From contig CAVRCI010000013.1 in NCBI GenBank assembly GCA_963719495.1, forward strand, positions 352,001 through 416,000: 64,000 bases of DNA, written 5' to 3'. This stretch comes from an uncultured Verrucomicrobiae bacterium. GTDB lineage: Bacteria; Verrucomicrobiota; Verrucomicrobiia; Chthoniobacterales; JAATET01. Positions 61,602-64,000 of the stretch are shown here, one piece after another; the first letter of the stretch is position 1, and the number at the start of each line of letters is the position of its first letter. The translations under genes and the position numbers were made by a program. The notes beneath the pieces were generated by a model. It saw only the letters and a list, made by a program, of their open reading frames with translations, ran no database searches and was not told where the DNA came from.

Positions 61602-61655
61602 CCCACCCCTTACAAAACTTTGATGCGGCCGCACCAAAGTTTTGTAAGGGGTGGG
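61602..61655. repeat. 54-bp near-perfect palindrome
   Basis: cccaccccttacaaaactttgatgcgg|ccgcaccaaagttttgtaaggggtggg; one mismatch, no spacer. Confidence 0.9.
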
Positions 61656-62012
61656 GTGGTCGATGGAGGGCCTCCTGCGGATCAAGCTTGAAATCGCGGA
61701 AAGTCCCGCCATTAATCCTATTCGATACAGGTGTTTTTTGTTCCGTGCCCGGCGACTCCCACATCTTCGTAACCCTCGCCTCGTGCCTTCGCCACGCTGT
61801 CCGAACGGTTTCGATGCTGTTGCGAAGAGGAAGTCCCCCCGAGCCGATCAGATCCACCGCGTCGCCTGACTCATCACGGTCCCAGACCACGAGCATCCGA
61901 CGCACCACACCCGACAGCCAACCGCCGTCGCCAGGTGCCCCGGCCGGGGAAACGTTTTCCGTCACAGCGGAAATTCCCGCCGCGAGTCCCGTGCGACATT
62001 ACCTAAAACAAC

Positions 62013-62891
62013 ATGTCTACAAATTACGTTCCAGAATCCGACAACTCCTCCTCCGGAGACAACTCATCCCGCCGCGGCCCACGCCGCGGAGGCCGCTCCA
62101 ATGGCGGCGGCGGCGGACGCCGCTCCTCGGGCGGTAGCCGCAACTCCGGCAGCCGCTCCAACGGCGGCGGCAGCAGCGAATCCCGCAGCCGCAAACCCGA
62201 GCCCGAGCCCCAATCCATCGTCGAAAAGATCGCCTCTTTCCTCGGCTTCGGATCCAAGGAGCCCAAGTCCATCCCCGCCTCCCGCCCACCCCGGTCCGCC
62301 GAAGAGCTGGCCGCCACCGGCAGCGGCGGACGCCGCTCCCCCGAACGTGATCGCGGCGAGCGCGGCGGACGGGGCGAACGCAGTGACCGCGGCGACCGCG
62401 GTGGTCGCAGCGACGAAAACGACAACGGAGGCGACCGCGCCCCCCGCGAACGCTCCAGCCGCAGCCGCGGCACCGGCATGCGCTCGCCCGAGATCGTCGA
62501 GGTCACCACGCCCCGGCTCTACATCGGCAACCTTTCGTTCGACGCGACCGAGAGCGATCTCACCGAGCTCTTCAAGGGTGCCGGCATCGTCCAGAACGTC
62601 GAGATCGTGACCAACCGTCAGACCGAGCGCCCCAAGGGATTCGCTTTCGTTCAAATGGAAACCGTCGACGAAGCCAAGCGCGCCGTCACCGAGCTCCACG
62701 ACAAGGAATTCCTCGGCCGCAAGCTCGTCGTCAGCGGAGCCAAAGCCTCCGAACGCCGTGACGAAAAGGTCCGCGAAGTCGTCACCGAAGAAGCACCCCA
62801 ACAGGTCGCCGATTCCAACGAGCCCATCGAGTCGAACGATCTGACCGAGTCGAACGAGTCCCCGGAATCCACCCGCGGCTCGAACGCCTGA
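62013..62891 (+). CDS. RRM-domain RNA-binding protein with a long R/G/S-rich N-terminal extension
   Basis: RNP2 LYIGNL and RNP1 KGFAFVQM. Confidence 0.9.
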   Translation: MSTNYVPESDNSSSGDNSSRRGPRRGGRSNGGGGGRRSSGGSRNSGSRSNGGGSSESRSRKPEPEPQSIVEKIASFLGFGSKEPKSIPASRPPRSAEELAATGSGGRRSPERDRGERGGRGERSDRGDRGGRSDENDNGGDRAPRERSSRSRGTGMRSPEIVEVTTPRLYIGNLSFDATESDLTELFKGAGIVQNVEIVTNRQTERPKGFAFVQMETVDEAKRAVTELHDKEFLGRKLVVSGAKASERRDEKVREVVTEEAPQQVADSNEPIESNDLTESNESPESTRGSNA

Positions 62892-63070
62892 GACCCGCCG
62901 CCCAAAATCCAAACCCTGTCATGTTGAGCGAAGCGAAACATCTCTGGCTTCTCACCCAAACGTGAAAATCACGACGGGCACCCGGGACCCATCGCAACGC
63001 TCAAAATGACAGAAACCGACGGAAAGTAATCAACACCGTCAACCAGCCACTTCCGGGCCGACCACTCTTC

Positions 63071-63961
63071 GTGGTCGGCCCGACTGGCGTCGGGAAGACC
63101 GCTTTCGCCGTCGCTCTCGCCCAGAGCCTCGGAGCCGAGATCGTCGGAGCCGACGCCTTCCAGATTTATCACGAAATCCCGGTCCTCACCGCGGCCCCGA
63201 CCGCCGCCGATCGCGCCATCGTTCCCCACCACCTCGTCGGCACCGTCCCGGTCGCGACCGCCTTCGACTCTGCCGCCTACGCCCACGCCGCCCGCGCCGC
63301 CCTCGCCGACATTCACCGCCGCGGCAAGCGAGCCCTGATCGTCGGCGGCACCGGTCTCTACGTCCGCGCCCTCACCACCGGCCTCGACCCCACACCACCC
63401 GTCGATCCCGCCCTTCGCACCGAACTCAACTCCCTCCCGCTCCCCGCCCTCGTCGCCCGCCTCCGCGACCTCGACCCCGCCGCCCCCGATCAGGTCGAAA
63501 TCGCCAACCCCCGCCGCGTCCAGCGCGCCATCGAAATCTGCGAGACCTCCGGCCGCCCCCTCGCCGACTTCCGCACCGCCACCGCCGCCCCAAAGCCAAC
63601 GAACGGAATCCTCCTCACGCGCGACCGCGCCGACCTCCTCACCCGTATTGAAGGCAACGTGACATCCCTCTTCACCGCCAACGTCGAATCCGAGATCCGC
63701 GCCCTCGGCCCCGTCGGCCCGACCGCCGCCCGCGCCCTCGGACTGTGCGAAATCCAAGCCCTCCTCCGCGGCGAAACCACCCGCGCCGAAGCCACCGTCG
63801 CCATCTCGCTCGCGACCCGCCAATACGCCAAACGGCAATTGACTTGGTTCCGCAACCAGCTCAATTTCGCGCCGTTGGATCTCACGACGTTTCCCCACCT
63901 CCGCGACGCGGTTGACCACGCCGCGATCAACCTCGCTCACCGCCTGCCCGACCTCGCATGA
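63071..63961 (+). CDS. miaA: tRNA dimethylallyltransferase
   Basis: GPTGVGKT, ADAFQIY, PHHL, VGGTGLY and TRQYAKRQLTWFR motifs. The frame stays open upstream (PGRPLF), so the true start may be earlier. Confidence 0.95.
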   Translation: MVGPTGVGKTAFAVALAQSLGAEIVGADAFQIYHEIPVLTAAPTAADRAIVPHHLVGTVPVATAFDSAAYAHAARAALADIHRRGKRALIVGGTGLYVRALTTGLDPTPPVDPALRTELNSLPLPALVARLRDLDPAAPDQVEIANPRRVQRAIEICETSGRPLADFRTATAAPKPTNGILLTRDRADLLTRIEGNVTSLFTANVESEIRALGPVGPTAARALGLCEIQALLRGETTRAEATVAISLATRQYAKRQLTWFRNQLNFAPLDLTTFPHLRDAVDHAAINLAHRLPDLA

Positions 63962-64000
63962 TCGAGTTCGCTCCCTCCGCCACCGAGAAGGCCATTCTCG
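63958..64000 (+). CDS. 5' end of the next gene (partial, MIEFAPSATEKAIL)
   Basis: ATG overlaps the miaA stop (ATGA); too short to identify. Confidence 0.45.
   Translation, partial: MIEFAPSATEKAIL

Overview
High-GC bacterial chromosome segment. Gene content and repeat style suggest Verrucomicrobiota (inference). It is mostly housekeeping genes (purL/Q/S, lnt, acpP, acs, icd, fbaA, fbaB, alaS, a DEAD-box helicase, purF, purM, argA, dnaA, dnaN, secA, miaA), plus a YqiJ-flotillin-large ATPase locus and several small toxin-antitoxin-like modules. The main find is alaS (26005-29376, minus strand). It carries an approximately 219-codon in-frame insertion encoding an apparently intact REP-associated HUH tyrosine transposase (RAYT-like), bracketed by 48-bp inverted repeats. 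The same repeat family also flanks alaS on both sides and occurs elsewhere in the window. The transposase has no start or stop codon of its own, so it appears to be expressed only inside an essential tRNA synthetase. The window holds at least seven palindromic or tandem repeat families, several read in-frame inside purL, purM and the ATPase. It also has a second free-standing Y1 transposase with its own repeat family, two single-base frameshifts, an apparent G/C strand-skew reversal near 14-20 kb rather than at dnaA, and a 54-bp near-perfect palindrome. All calls come from reading the sequence and recognising motifs; no searches were run.
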